38,505 nt of DNA from a phage. Below are positions 1 to 8,449 of the stretch, piece by piece (positions within the stretch are counted from its first letter, which is position 1; the number at the start of each line of letters is the position of its first letter). The notes below the pieces were generated by a model. That model was given only the letters and a program-made list of their open reading frames with translations. It made no database searches and had not been told where the DNA came from. A program made the position numbers and the translations under genes. The DNA lies in the sequence record PX418924.1. One strand, given 5' to 3'.

Positions 1-571
1 CACTGCCACCACCGAAGGTAGCCAGTTCTACCAGCATCACGGATTCCAGTTGCAGCTTGACGCTTGCGCCCACAGCGGTGTTCCACTTGTAAGGCACCAG
101 AGAGTATTTCACTTTCAGCTTAGAGCCACCACCGATAATCGGAACGTCCTGAATCTTCTTGCCCTTGCTATCGACCACGACCAGATTGATATGTTTGGTC
201 TCTTTGGTCTTCTTGTCTTGGAAAGACGCATAGCATTTGAACTTGAAGGTAGTCGTACCGTCACCGTTATCGAAGAACGGCATGTCGCCCTCGTAAGGTT
301 TCAGTGGTTTCTTGCCACGCTGCGCCTGCGGCGGGTTAGCTTCGAACTCTTCCACGGCAGCAGCATAAGCCTCTTCGTGAGTCTTCACGATTTCATCTAC
401 CATCGCCTGACAGCGCGGGTCTTTATTGGAAAGAGTCAGGTCTACCTTATAGATACCACGAGGGTTGCCGAAGCCACGCTCTTCGTTGCCATAATCCGGC
501 TTACTCAGGTAAGCATACGGCTCAGCAGTGCCAAGACCAGAGGTGTAAATTTTCTTCTTGAAACCAGCCAT
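1..571 (-). CDS. 2.5: ssDNA-binding protein gp2.5, N-terminal part (start codon at 571; gene runs off the window start and continues at the window end)
   Basis: Minus-strand ATG at 571 preceded by GGAG; translation MAGFKKKIYTSGLGTAEPYAYLSKPDYGNEERGFGNPRG closely matches T7 gp2.5 as recalled. Confidence 0.9.
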   Translation of the reverse strand, partial: MAGFKKKIYTSGLGTAEPYAYLSKPDYGNEERGFGNPRGIYKVDLTLSNKDPRCQAMVDEIVKTHEEAYAAAVEEFEANPPQAQRGKKPLKPYEGDMPFFDNGDGTTTFKFKCYASFQDKKTKETKHINLVVVDSKGKKIQDVPIIGGGSKLKVKYSLVPYKWNTAVGASVKLQLESVMLVELATFGGGS

Positions 572-606
572 AATGTTTCTCCTTTGTGGTTAATGATTGG
601 GTTGTT

Positions 607-625
607 CCCTTTAGTGAGGGTAATT
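607..625 (-). promoter_or_regulatory. T3-type phage RNAP promoter (phi2.5)
   Basis: ccctttagtgagggtaatt, reverse complement of the T3 promoter core, immediately upstream of gene 2.5. Confidence 0.85.
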
Positions 626-860
626 AGGCTTTCACTTCTGGACGGATGCGAGTCACTACGAACCCAGCGTCCTCATAATGTTCAGCCTGTAGCGTTGCCT
701 CTTCGAGAGACCGGGCGAATACCGGAACCTCAAAGGACTCGGTGTTGCCTTCTATCGTCAGAAGGTATTTCTGTTCTGAGTACATGCAGCGATTTGCACA
801 GGAGTGGTTCTCCATCCCTACGTCCTTCGCATACTGGCACCCGTTGTTACACTGGCTCAT
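624..860 (-). CDS. 2: gp2-like host RNA polymerase inhibitor (78 aa) with a Cys-rich N-terminal region
   Basis: ATG at 860 with AAGGAGG 7 nt upstream; C-terminal [36 protein letters not shown] resembles T7 gp2; position directly before phi2.5. Confidence 0.65.
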   Translation of the reverse strand: MSQCNNGCQYAKDVGMENHSCANRCMYSEQKYLLTIEGNTESFEVPVFARSLEEATLQAEHYEDAGFVVTRIRPEVKA

Positions 861-994
861 TTATTGGCCTCCTTAAAGCGTCGCTCCCACAGCGCGTACA
901 ATTGTTGGTAGGCGTTGGCTGCGGCCTCGTCACCAGCCTCAATAGCTTGGTTCCACTTAGCGGCACACCAATCGCAGCATTCACGAAGCGTCAT
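857..994 (-). CDS. 1.8: gp1.8-like small protein (45 aa)
   Basis: Internal ATG at 994 ([14 protein letters not shown]...) after the gene 1.7 region; the longer ORF to 1090 overlaps gene 1.7; synteny. Confidence 0.5.
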   Translation of the reverse strand: MTLRECCDWCAAKWNQAIEAGDEAAANAYQQLYALWERRFKEANK

Positions 995-1472
995 AACACA
1001 GCCCCTTATGTTTGTCAAAGAGTTCCTGATAGAATGCAGCTTTCTTAAGGTCTTTCTCCATCGTTGCCAGTTCGGATTTCTTACCAGCACGCAGGCGGTA
1101 CTTCAAAATATTCCCAAGGCAGTACCCACGGAACGCCTCGACGGTCATTGACCGGGCGATAACCTCAATGGCTTCCACGTTGTCGAACAGCATGTAGTGG
1201 TTCGGATGGGTCACGTCAGACTTGACTTCTGTCTTCGGTGCTTCCACGTTCGGAGTCTTAACGCCAGCTTTAGGCAGCGGAATCAGGTTGTCAGGAAGAA
1301 CCTCAGCGTGCTGAGTACCGAAGCGAACCTTAACGCGACCTGTGTGCGAGTGACCAGTTACCACTCCGCTCATCCCTAAGATGCGCTTGAGGCCACCGCC
1401 GGAGTATCGTACCACAGAGTTAACCGGGAAGCGAGCCTCTAAGTCTGGTTTGTTCCAATGATGTTGCAGCAT
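981..1472 (-). CDS. 1.7: gp1.7 (nucleotide kinase-like), 163 aa
   Basis: C-terminal NHYMLFDNVEAIEVIARSMTVEAFRGYCLGNILKYRLRAGKKSEL matches T7 gp1.7 as recalled; start overlaps the 1.6 stop. Confidence 0.8.
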   Translation of the reverse strand: MLQHHWNKPDLEARFPVNSVVRYSGGGLKRILGMSGVVTGHSHTGRVKVRFGTQHAEVLPDNLIPLPKAGVKTPNVEAPKTEVKSDVTHPNHYMLFDNVEAIEVIARSMTVEAFRGYCLGNILKYRLRAGKKSELATMEKDLKKAAFYQELFDKHKGLCYDAS

Positions 1473-1729
1473 TACAGCACCTCCTTAATCCACTTAACGA
1501 ACAGACGGATGCGAGGCCAGTAAGTGACCACGGCTTCCAGATGTGGACGCTCTTTATTCATAGCCTTTACGAACTCGCCACGAGTAATCAGCAGGTGAAC
1601 GCAAGGCGATAGCGTGGCTACCGAACCAATCAGCGGCAGCTTGGCGTTGCGCTCAGAGGCCAATACGGTCGAGCGGTCTTTACGGCGAACCGAAAAGATA
1701 CCGTTGGATTTGTTGAAATGTAAACGCAT
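1472..1729 (-). CDS. 1.6: gp1.6, 85 aa
   Basis: ORF in the conserved position and of the expected size; ATG at 1729. Confidence 0.7.
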   Translation of the reverse strand: MRLHFNKSNGIFSVRRKDRSTVLASERNAKLPLIGSVATLSPCVHLLITRGEFVKAMNKERPHLEAVVTYWPRIRLFVKWIKEVL

Positions 1730-1741
1730 GATGTTGTCTCC

Positions 1742-1819
1742 TTAACAATCAGGCCAAATGTTGTCGTCGGCAGCCATTAATCCCAGCGTTGCGACGATAG
1801 CGAATAGGATAAGCCACAT
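1742..1819 (-). CDS. small hydrophobic protein (25 aa), gene 1.5 position
   Basis: ATG at 1819 with GGAG upstream; MWLILFAIVATLGLMAADDNIWPDC; directly downstream of phi1.5. Confidence 0.4.
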   Translation of the reverse strand: MWLILFAIVATLGLMAADDNIWPDC

Positions 1820-1830
1820 GGTGTGTGTCT

Positions 1831-1849
1831 CCTGTTAGTGAGGGTTAAT
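1831..1849 (-). promoter_or_regulatory. T3-type phage RNAP promoter (phi1.5)
   Basis: cctgttagtgagggttaat; overlaps the stop of the HNH ORF. Confidence 0.8.
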
Positions 1850-2308
1850 GGCAGCATCTCGCACGGCTATAGCTTCCTCAAGGGTTCCATAGGTTCCGTG
1901 GGATTTGCGCTTGATACGAACGGCAAAACGTCCGGTTCTCTTGTCAAGGGCAATATACTTCTCGCCACTTAAACAATGAGACCGGACGTCAACATTCGAT
2001 AAGTTAACAGCTTGAGTGACACACCGAAGGTTTTCGATACGGTTATCACTAGGGTTCCTGTTGATGTGGTCAATGACCATACCTTCCGGGATTTCACCGT
2101 GGGTCAACATCCAGACCACACGATGTGCCAGCATTTGTTTGCCACCATAAGAGAGAATCCAGTAGCCATCTTTCCGCTTATACCCTAAAGGTTTACCAGA
2201 GGCGGAAACGACTCCCGAAGGAGCCTCCCGGTCTAACTTATACTTTCTCTTGTGGATTGTCCTCAGTTCCTCGGAAGCAGGTGAATGAGGGGTGTCGCAA
2301 TGAGCCAT
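1835..2308 (-). CDS. HNH-AP2 homing-endonuclease-like protein (start uncertain; ORF is open up to 2395)
   Basis: Motifs GYKRKDGYWILSYGGKQMLAHRVVW and DHINRNPSDNRIENLR (HNH) plus C-terminal AP2-like segment; ATG at 2308 preceded by GGAGG; overlaps the ligase 3' end in another frame. Confidence 0.7.
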   Translation of the reverse strand: MAHCDTPHSPASEELRTIHKRKYKLDREAPSGVVSASGKPLGYKRKDGYWILSYGGKQMLAHRVVWMLTHGEIPEGMVIDHINRNPSDNRIENLRCVTQAVNLSNVDVRSHCLSGEKYIALDKRTGRFAVRIKRKSHGTYGTLEEAIAVRDAAINPH

Positions 2309-3284
2309 CAGGTGTTTCCTCCATATATCCAATCTGGCAGGCCCACCCGTTGTAGTAATCCTCGCCATGTTCTTTAACATTCGCGGTAAACTCATCCATC
2401 AATGCGCGAGAGATGTTGTTGGCATCAACCAGACGACCAGTCTCAAGAAGCACAGAGAACCCGATAACTTTACCTTCGTTTGCAAGACCCGGCGTACCCC
2501 AATTGACACCCTGAATAATACCATCGGCTTCGTCATTAGGCTTGCATTTCCACCAGCCAGACTTCTTGCCTCGCTTGTAGATGCCCTGTGGGTCTTTCAC
2601 AATGAGACCCTCGTGACCTTCGGCACGCTTGGCCTCGTACAGTTCACTCAGCGAATCCATGTCGTAGACCTCGTAGGTCTCAGCGATAAGCCACTCGATT
2701 TCCGGGAAGTATTCAACCAGAAGAGAGCGCATGGCTTCCACATGATACGGCATCAGCAGGTTCTGTACATCGTAGTCCTCGCCAGACTCCGCAATGTGAA
2801 TCGGCATGACAGCATACAGGCGCACGCTCAGGCGCTTAGTGTCCAACTCAAAGGCGGTGCGAACCCGTTTAGCTACTCCCACCTTACGTGGCTTGAGCAT
2901 GTCTGGTGTGACCATTACGTTATGGAACTCGGCGTTATCCTTCTTGAGCCACTTGGTACGCAGCAGGCCAGACCCGGTGTTGAAGTCTACACCTTTGACC
3001 ATCAGTTCGCCATCCAGCATGAAGCCATCCGGGAAGATGCAGCGGTCATCGTTCAGTAGTTGCTGCCAGCGCTTATCGAATCCGTTCAGGTGTTCTAGCG
3101 CCGGGATAAACTTGGACACACGGGACAGCCATGCGGCCTCAGCCACGTTGTCAACCACGATGTTACCGCGCACACCATCGTACTTAATGTCCGCAATCAG
3201 GTAGCCGGAGGTCTCCAGCGCCTTCTTAACGGCAGACTCTACGAATGACACAGCTTTGAATGGGTTGGTATTGAAGATGTTCAT
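2238..3284 (-). CDS. 1.3: ATP-dependent DNA ligase gp1.3
   Basis: NPFKAVSFVESAVKKALETSGYLIADIKYDGVRGNI (KxDG adenylation motif) and C-terminal DGSLRHPSFTCFRGTEDNPQEK match T7 ligase as recalled; start taken at the second ATG (3284) with GAGGA upstream. Confidence 0.93.
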   Translation of the reverse strand: MNIFNTNPFKAVSFVESAVKKALETSGYLIADIKYDGVRGNIVVDNVAEAAWLSRVSKFIPALEHLNGFDKRWQQLLNDDRCIFPDGFMLDGELMVKGVDFNTGSGLLRTKWLKKDNAEFHNVMVTPDMLKPRKVGVAKRVRTAFELDTKRLSVRLYAVMPIHIAESGEDYDVQNLLMPYHVEAMRSLLVEYFPEIEWLIAETYEVYDMDSLSELYEAKRAEGHEGLIVKDPQGIYKRGKKSGWWKCKPNDEADGIIQGVNWGTPGLANEGKVIGFSVLLETGRLVDANNISRALMDEFTANVKEHGEDYYNGWACQIGYMEETPDGSLRHPSFTCFRGTEDNPQEKV

Positions 3285-3307
3285 ACGGTTGTTCCTCATT
3301 GGTTGAA

Positions 3308-3356
3308 AGTTAATCAGTTCGAATCACAAAGGCCACTCGTTAAAGTGACCTTGAGG
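3308..3356 (-). promoter_or_regulatory. RNase III-type processing hairpin (R1.3-like)
   Basis: Conserved module atcacaaaggccac...gtgaccttgagg shared with seven other sites in the window. Confidence 0.6.
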
Positions 3357-3361
3357 ATTCT

Positions 3362-3380
3362 CCTGTTAGTGAGGGTTATT
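3362..3380 (-). promoter_or_regulatory. T3-type phage RNAP promoter (phi1.3)
   Basis: cctgttagtgagggttatt upstream of the ligase gene. Confidence 0.8.
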
Positions 3381-3654
3381 ACTTCCAGTGTTTCAAGTCA
3401 CTGTGAACCTTACGGAGCCATGCAGTCTGCGCGTTTATTTGAACATCGCTGTCGCTATGCTCGAAGGTTCTGGATGCCACCGGATGCCCGGAGCGTGTGA
3501 ACACGCGGAGAACCTCACCGGATGACCTGCACATCTTCGCTGGGTTTTCATAGCTGAATGACTCCACCTTCACGGTCACGTCATGGTCTTCCTGTAGACG
3601 CGCTACCGCATCTTTGTAATCGTTCAGGTTGCCGCTATAGATACGTCCCATCAT
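3379..3654 (-). CDS. 1.2: gp1.2-like protein (dGTPase inhibitor in T7)
   Basis: MMGRIYSGNL... N-terminus and ...DLKHWK C-terminus resemble T7 gp1.2; first ATG at 3654 overlaps the 1.1 stop (TAATG). Confidence 0.75.
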   Translation of the reverse strand: MMGRIYSGNLNDYKDAVARLQEDHDVTVKVESFSYENPAKMCRSSGEVLRVFTRSGHPVASRTFEHSDSDVQINAQTAWLRKVHSDLKHWK

Positions 3655-3794
3655 TAATTCCACTCCCGTTTCTGTGAGTTACCGCGCTGCTGCTTGTGGC
3701 GTTTCTTCATGCGGTCACGGCGCTCTTGCCACTGTTCGCCATGCTCATTGACCACTGAATCGCGCTTGGTAAATTTCTCAAAGTTGGTACGCAT
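3654..3794 (-). CDS. 1.1: gp1.1-like small basic protein (46 aa)
   Basis: ATG at 3794 with GAGGT upstream; MRTNFEKFTKR... resembles T7 gp1.1 (MRNFEKMTKR...). Confidence 0.65.
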   Translation of the reverse strand: MRTNFEKFTKRDSVVNEHGEQWQERRDRMKKRHKQQRGNSQKREWN

Positions 3795-3825
3795 AGTATC
3801 TTACCTCATGTTGATGTGTATTGAA

Positions 3826-3866
3826 AGTTAATCACAAAGGCCACCCGCTTGGATGACCTTGAGGCT
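3826..3866 (-). promoter_or_regulatory. RNase III-type processing hairpin (R1.1-like)
   Basis: atcacaaaggccacccgcttggatgaccttgagg, same module as R1.3. Confidence 0.6.
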
Positions 3867-3872
3867 AACTCT

Positions 3873-3891
3873 CCCGTTAGTGAGGGTTAAC
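3873..3891 (-). promoter_or_regulatory. T3-type phage RNAP promoter (phi1.1)
   Basis: cccgttagtgagggttaac. Confidence 0.8.
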
Positions 3892-4159
3892 TGTATGTCC
3901 GTTCGATACGACCACACGTTGAACCTTTCGGGTAGTAGAAGGATTTCGTTTCGTTGTCCTCAGTGGTCTGGAAGATGACCATCCCGGAGGACGTTGAGTA
4001 ACATTCCAACTTCTTGACCACCTTACCGCACGGCCCTAAGCCTAACTTAAATTCAGTCTTGCGGAGGTCATCACTACCGGGCATCCAAGCGTAGAACTTA
4101 ACGGAAGTCAAGCGGTTTAACTTAAAGATGTTCTTAAAGAAAGTCTTAATGTTAATCAT
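3887..4159 (-). CDS. 1.05: gp1.05-like protein (90 aa), function unknown
   Basis: ORF between phi1.05 and the R1.1 hairpin; ATG at 4159. Confidence 0.6.
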   Translation of the reverse strand: MINIKTFFKNIFKLNRLTSVKFYAWMPGSDDLRKTEFKLGLGPCGKVVKKLECYSTSSGMVIFQTTEDNETKSFYYPKGSTCGRIERTYS

Positions 4160-4214
4160 AAATTTAATCTCTTAGTACCTAAAGTGTCTTAAAGTGGGAG
4201 ACCTTAAGTAGTCT

Positions 4215-4233
4215 CCCGTTAGTGAGGGTTAAT
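4215..4233 (-). promoter_or_regulatory. T3-type phage RNAP promoter (phi1.05)
   Basis: cccgttagtgagggttaat just downstream of the gene 1 stop. Confidence 0.8.
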
Positions 4234-4245
4234 GCTAAGTGCTTG

Positions 4246-6900
4246 TTATGCAAAGGCAAAGTCAGACTTGAGAATGTCTTGCAGGTTCAGATTTCCTTTC
4301 TTCGGAAGCGGAGGCATCTTGTCCAGTTGGGTCTCATGTAGCTGGTCTGCAAACTGGTCATAGAAGTCTGCCAGCACATCGTTGTTCTCGTAGGTGAGAA
4401 CCATCGTTTCACGCACAGCCTTAAAGAGCTTACCAGCGTCTGCCGGGATAGTCCCGAAGCTGTCATGGATGAGCGCAAAGGACTCAATGCCATACTTCTC
4501 GTGAGCATAAACGACTGTCATGCGGAGGTGGCTACCGTCCTGTGAGTGAACAAAGTTAGGCGCGATGCCAGACTCCTGCTTGTGTGCGTCAATACCTGAA
4601 TCCTTGAGGGTATTAATCGTCGGTTGCAGACGGAATTGCCCTAAGAAAATCATATCGAGACGCTTCTGGAGTGGCTTTCGGTATTCCTGCCAGACCGGGA
4701 AGCCGTCCGGCGTAGTCCAGTGAACCGCGCAACGGTGGCGCAGAATCTCTTTGGTCTTCTTGTCCTTGACCTCAGCAGCCAGCAGCTTAGCGGCAGACTT
4801 GAGCCAGTTCATCGCCTCAACCGCTGCGACTACGGTCACGCTCACCGCGTCCCAAATCAGCTTAGCCATATAGCCAGCCGCTTGGTTAGGTTGGGTGAAC
4901 ATCAAGCCCTTACCGCTGTCAATCGCAGGCTGAATGGTGTCGTCCAGTACCTGTTGACGGAAGCCGAACTCCTTAGAACCGTAAGCCAGCGTCATGACCG
5001 AACGTTTAGTTACGCTACGGGTTACACCATATGCCAGCCACTGTTGTGCCAGCGTTGAGGTTCCCAGCTTGAGCTTCTCAGAGATTTCCCCGGTGTCCTT
5101 GTCGGTCACGGTAATCATCTCGTTAGGTGTGCCGTTGATTGCATCCTGTTTGAGAATCTCGTTTACTTTCTGTGCAACGATTCCGTAAATGTCCTGCACT
5201 GTTTCGCTTGGCAGCAGGTTAACCGCACGACCGCCTACCTCATCGCGGAGCATCGCGGAGAAGTGCTGGATACCGGAGCAAGACCCATCGAACGCCAGCG
5301 GCAGAGAGCAATTGTAGCTCAGACCGTGGTGCGCAACGCCTGCATACTCGAAGCAGAACGCGAGGAAACAGAATGGTGAATCCTGCTCAGCCCACCAAGT
5401 GTTATTGATTGGGTCTTTAGCGCAAGCCAGAATGTCGTCTACGTGCTTCTCAATGAACGCGATGCGCTCAGGGAAAGGAACCTTATCGACACCCGCACAG
5501 TTCGCACCGTGGATTTTCAGCCAGTAGAAACCTTCCTCACCGATTGGCTTGCCTTTAGCGAGGGTCAGCAGACCTTTCGTCATGTCGTTGCCTTGCGGGT
5601 TGAACATCGGCACAGCGTACACACGACCGCGCCAGTCCATGTTGTAAGGGAACCAGATTGCTTTCTTGTTTGCAAACTTGTTGGCCTGCTCCAGCATGAA
5701 CTCTAAGCTGATACGGCGAGACACTCGTGCCTTGTCCAAGCGGTAGATACCAGCGGCTGCTTTCTTCCACTCCTTGAGTGCTGCCTCGTTGGTGTCAATG
5801 TCGTCCGGCTTGGGCGGTAACTCTTGGCGCTCCAGCGATGGAATGTCTGCGACCGGGCAGTTCTTCCAGTTCACAATCTCATTGACAACCGCAAGAACTT
5901 TCTTGTTGATTTTCCATGCGGTGTTCTGTGCGATGTTGACCGCCTTGTAAACTTCTGGCATGTAAACATCCTCATAGCGCATCAAGCCCTTCTTAGAGTG
6001 AGTGCGAACGAGTGCCAAAGGTCTGCGACCGTTAGCCCAATAGCCGCCACCTGTGATTGATACCCAAGGTTTCGGCGGTACGACACACGGTTGGAACATC
6101 GGAGAGATGCCCGCCAGTGCTCCTGCACGCTTCGCTAACACATCGACGTACTCTTGGGCCAGTTGCAGTGCCTCATGGTCAGAGCCTGCGTTGCCTGCGT
6201 TGTGGCGCTGTAATTCCACCAGACCCGTGGATTCAATCAGCATTTCAATCAGGCGAATCCCTACGTGCATCGTGGTTTCCTTGTCCCAGCTAGACCACGC
6301 CTCGCCTCCCAGCAGCCCGCGACCAATCATGTCTGCCTCAACCACCTGCATAAAGGCTTTCTTGTAGACTTGCCCGTGGCGCTTGTTGAGTTGTTCCTCA
6401 ACGTGCTTCTTGAAGTGCTTCGCTTCGAGGTCACGGATGCGACCGAAACGTGCCTCGTCCTCAATGGCTTTCCCCAGCATACCAGCAGCGGCCTGAATGG
6501 TTGTCATGTTCGTGCTGGTCAGTGACGCAAGGATAACCTTGAGTGTGATAAACGCGGACGCCTCCGGCTTGAGTAACTGGAGTGGTGCATAGGCTACGGG
6601 CTTGCGGCCTTTCTTAGAGGCGTACTCTTCGAGCCACTCAACGATACGTGCTGTTAACTTAGGGAGAAGCGTAGCGAGTAATGGCTTAGCGGCTGCGTTA
6701 TCTGCAATCTCACCAGCTTTCGCTTGACGCTCAAGCATCTTGAGGAAGCGGCGCTCGCCTAGCTCATAAGACTCATGCTCTAAAGCCAATTGTTCACGAG
6801 CCAGTGCGCTACCGTAGTGGTCTGCCAGTGTGTTGAACGGGATAGCAGCCAGTTCGATTTCGGAGAAGTCATTCTTTTCGATAGTTTCGATGATGTTCAT
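4246..6900 (-). CDS. 1: Single-subunit DNA-directed RNA polymerase gp1 (884 aa)
   Basis: Full-length match to T3/T7 RNAP as recalled (MNIIETIEKNDFSEIELAAIPFNTLADHYG ... LQDILKSDFAFA); 884 aa is the T3 length. Confidence 0.98.
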   Translation of the reverse strand: MNIIETIEKNDFSEIELAAIPFNTLADHYGSALAREQLALEHESYELGERRFLKMLERQAKAGEIADNAAAKPLLATLLPKLTARIVEWLEEYASKKGRKPVAYAPLQLLKPEASAFITLKVILASLTSTNMTTIQAAAGMLGKAIEDEARFGRIRDLEAKHFKKHVEEQLNKRHGQVYKKAFMQVVEADMIGRGLLGGEAWSSWDKETTMHVGIRLIEMLIESTGLVELQRHNAGNAGSDHEALQLAQEYVDVLAKRAGALAGISPMFQPCVVPPKPWVSITGGGYWANGRRPLALVRTHSKKGLMRYEDVYMPEVYKAVNIAQNTAWKINKKVLAVVNEIVNWKNCPVADIPSLERQELPPKPDDIDTNEAALKEWKKAAAGIYRLDKARVSRRISLEFMLEQANKFANKKAIWFPYNMDWRGRVYAVPMFNPQGNDMTKGLLTLAKGKPIGEEGFYWLKIHGANCAGVDKVPFPERIAFIEKHVDDILACAKDPINNTWWAEQDSPFCFLAFCFEYAGVAHHGLSYNCSLPLAFDGSCSGIQHFSAMLRDEVGGRAVNLLPSETVQDIYGIVAQKVNEILKQDAINGTPNEMITVTDKDTGEISEKLKLGTSTLAQQWLAYGVTRSVTKRSVMTLAYGSKEFGFRQQVLDDTIQPAIDSGKGLMFTQPNQAAGYMAKLIWDAVSVTVVAAVEAMNWLKSAAKLLAAEVKDKKTKEILRHRCAVHWTTPDGFPVWQEYRKPLQKRLDMIFLGQFRLQPTINTLKDSGIDAHKQESGIAPNFVHSQDGSHLRMTVVYAHEKYGIESFALIHDSFGTIPADAGKLFKAVRETMVLTYENNDVLADFYDQFADQLHETQLDKMPPLPKKGNLNLQDILKSDFAFA

Positions 6901-6919
6901 TGCTTACCTCATTGTGAAT

Positions 6920-6962
6920 AAATCGTTCCTATTCAGGCCACCTCATGATGACCTGTAAGAAA
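6920..6962 (-). promoter_or_regulatory. Possible RNase III-type site (R1-like) between genes 0.7 and 1
   Basis: ttcaggccacctcatgatgacctg shows a degenerate aggccac...gacct module; position matches T7 R1. Confidence 0.35.
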
Positions 6963-6970
6963 AGACTCTA

Positions 6971-8080
6971 TCAGCCTTGTAGACGCTTGTCAAGGTATGC
7001 GTCTATGTGTAATGGTTTGCCCCACTGAATGCGCACCTCGTCGTGCATCATCATTGCCGCAGCAGCGCGGCGCTCCAGTTCTGCAAAGTTTAGGTTATTG
7101 TGGTGCATCCAAGCGTTGCGCCAGTGCTTATCGCCCCACACCATACGCGCCCTAGGCTCATCCCTGCGATTCTGATTGGCGTCCATGCGCATCTTAGCGA
7201 GTACCTTAGCGTTGCGCTTCTCACGTTTAGAGGCCTTTCTGCGCCATTTGGCACGGGCTTTACGTGCTGCCTGAAAGGTTCCGTTAGGGTCACGGCGTGC
7301 CTTGCGTGCCTTACAGCGGTCAATCGCTTCCTGCGCTCTCAGCGCCTCAATCTCAGCGATGAGTTCATCCGGGTCACAGTGGAACTCACCCGGCTTTAAC
7401 TTGTCGTCTGCGCTGAATGATACCGGGTCTGTGATAATCAGGCGTCCCATCTGGTCTTTCATCATGTTCCCGCTATGACAGTCGAACGATGCGATGCCTA
7501 AGAAGAACTTGCGGATATCCTTGCAGGTCTCAATAAAACCCTCGCTTATCGGGTACTCTTCTGCGGTGTCGAAGCAATCCTCCTCAATGATTTCCCGTGC
7601 GGCCTGAAAGTGGTGGCGAATCTTATCGCTTTCACCGTGGCACCAATCGTTAAGCGGTGTCAGATAGTCCAAGACCACCGTGTAGCAGCCTGTATGACGC
7701 TGAATGTCGTACACCGTAGGGATACCCTCACGACCCTGATTCATACGGCAGAATGCAGCATAGGCAGCGCCTGAATCCTCTTTCTTAAAGCCTACCTTGA
7801 TAACCTTGCCCGGTAACAATGCGTGCTCGTATGCTGCGCTAAAGTGACCGTTGCCCAGCTTGACGAAACCAACATCACGCATACGCTCCGCCAGTGTCTG
7901 CCAGTAGTCCATCGACTCCAGACCCCAATTGCCCTTGGCCTGCGTCAGTTCGCCGTCTTGAGTCTCAGCGTTCACGATAGCAGCCGCAAGAGCCACCAGC
8001 ATGGGCTGGCGTTCGTTCAGGCGCTCAATCGGTAGGTTGCGGATAGCTTCGAGTGCGGCTTGTGCTTCGGTGAAAGTCAT
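6971..8080 (-). CDS. 0.7: gp0.7 Ser/Thr protein kinase / host transcription shut-off protein (369 aa)
   Basis: Size, position upstream of gene 1 and kinase-like N-terminal half; ATG at 8080. Confidence 0.85.
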   Translation of the reverse strand: MTFTEAQAALEAIRNLPIERLNERQPMLVALAAAIVNAETQDGELTQAKGNWGLESMDYWQTLAERMRDVGFVKLGNGHFSAAYEHALLPGKVIKVGFKKEDSGAAYAAFCRMNQGREGIPTVYDIQRHTGCYTVVLDYLTPLNDWCHGESDKIRHHFQAAREIIEEDCFDTAEEYPISEGFIETCKDIRKFFLGIASFDCHSGNMMKDQMGRLIITDPVSFSADDKLKPGEFHCDPDELIAEIEALRAQEAIDRCKARKARRDPNGTFQAARKARAKWRRKASKREKRNAKVLAKMRMDANQNRRDEPRARMVWGDKHWRNAWMHHNNLNFAELERRAAAAMMMHDEVRIQWGKPLHIDAYLDKRLQG

Positions 8081-8094
8081 CGTTCAGTGTCCTG

Positions 8095-8220
8095 TTATCT
8101 GTAAGAAGAGTAAAGAGTAAATTCAGCCCATTTGACAGCGCTTGCAGCCTGTCGTGCGGTCATCTTGCGGTGTCTCGTTAAGATGCGTTTGACCTTACGT
8201 TTCGATGCACCATAAGCCAT
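8095..8220 (-). CDS. Possible small basic protein (41 aa)
   Basis: ATG at 8220, MAYGASKRKVKRILTRHRKM...; no clear Shine-Dalgarno; fills the gap before gene 0.7. Confidence 0.25.
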   Translation of the reverse strand: MAYGASKRKVKRILTRHRKMTARQAASAVKWAEFTLYSSYR

Positions 8221-8251
8221 AGCATACAGTGCAATCTTTACGTGCTTTGAG

Positions 8252-8449
8252 TTAGTGCGTAGCAATGTAGAATACTCCTACCTTGTTGGCCTTAAAGCGT
8301 CCGTTACGTTCACGAACCGTAAACCGTGGGATGAATCCCCACTTAAAGTAACTCAGCGTTGCCTTGTGTATTGCCAGACCGCGCTTAAAGTCTCGCATAA
8401 AGTACATAGCGATGCACAGATAGACCAGTGCGATAAAGAGAATCATCAT
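8252..8449 (-). CDS. Small early membrane protein (65 aa)
   Basis: MMILFIALVYLCIAMYF hydrophobic N-terminus; ATGA start/stop overlap with the upstream ORF. Confidence 0.5.
   Translation of the reverse strand: MMILFIALVYLCIAMYFMRDFKRGLAIHKATLSYFKWGFIPRFTVRERNGRFKANKVGVFYIATH

Noticed and set aside
50-1048. 332-aa plus-strand ORF
   Set aside because: Antisense to genes 2.5, 2 and 1.8, which have strong homology and ribosome-binding sites on the minus strand; no RBS; the whole genome is transcribed in one direction.
2195-2235. Possible stem-loop just after the ligase stop (early terminator?)
   Set aside because: Short nested stems (CUCC-UUCG-GGAG) but no following U-tract, and it lies within the HNH reading frame; not enough to call a terminator.
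2367-3204. Plus-strand ORFs of 230 and 132 aa
   Set aside because: Antisense to the ligase gene.
4287-4508. 73-aa minus-strand ORF inside gene 1
   Set aside because: Alternate frame within the RNA polymerase gene with no RBS; most likely a chance open frame.
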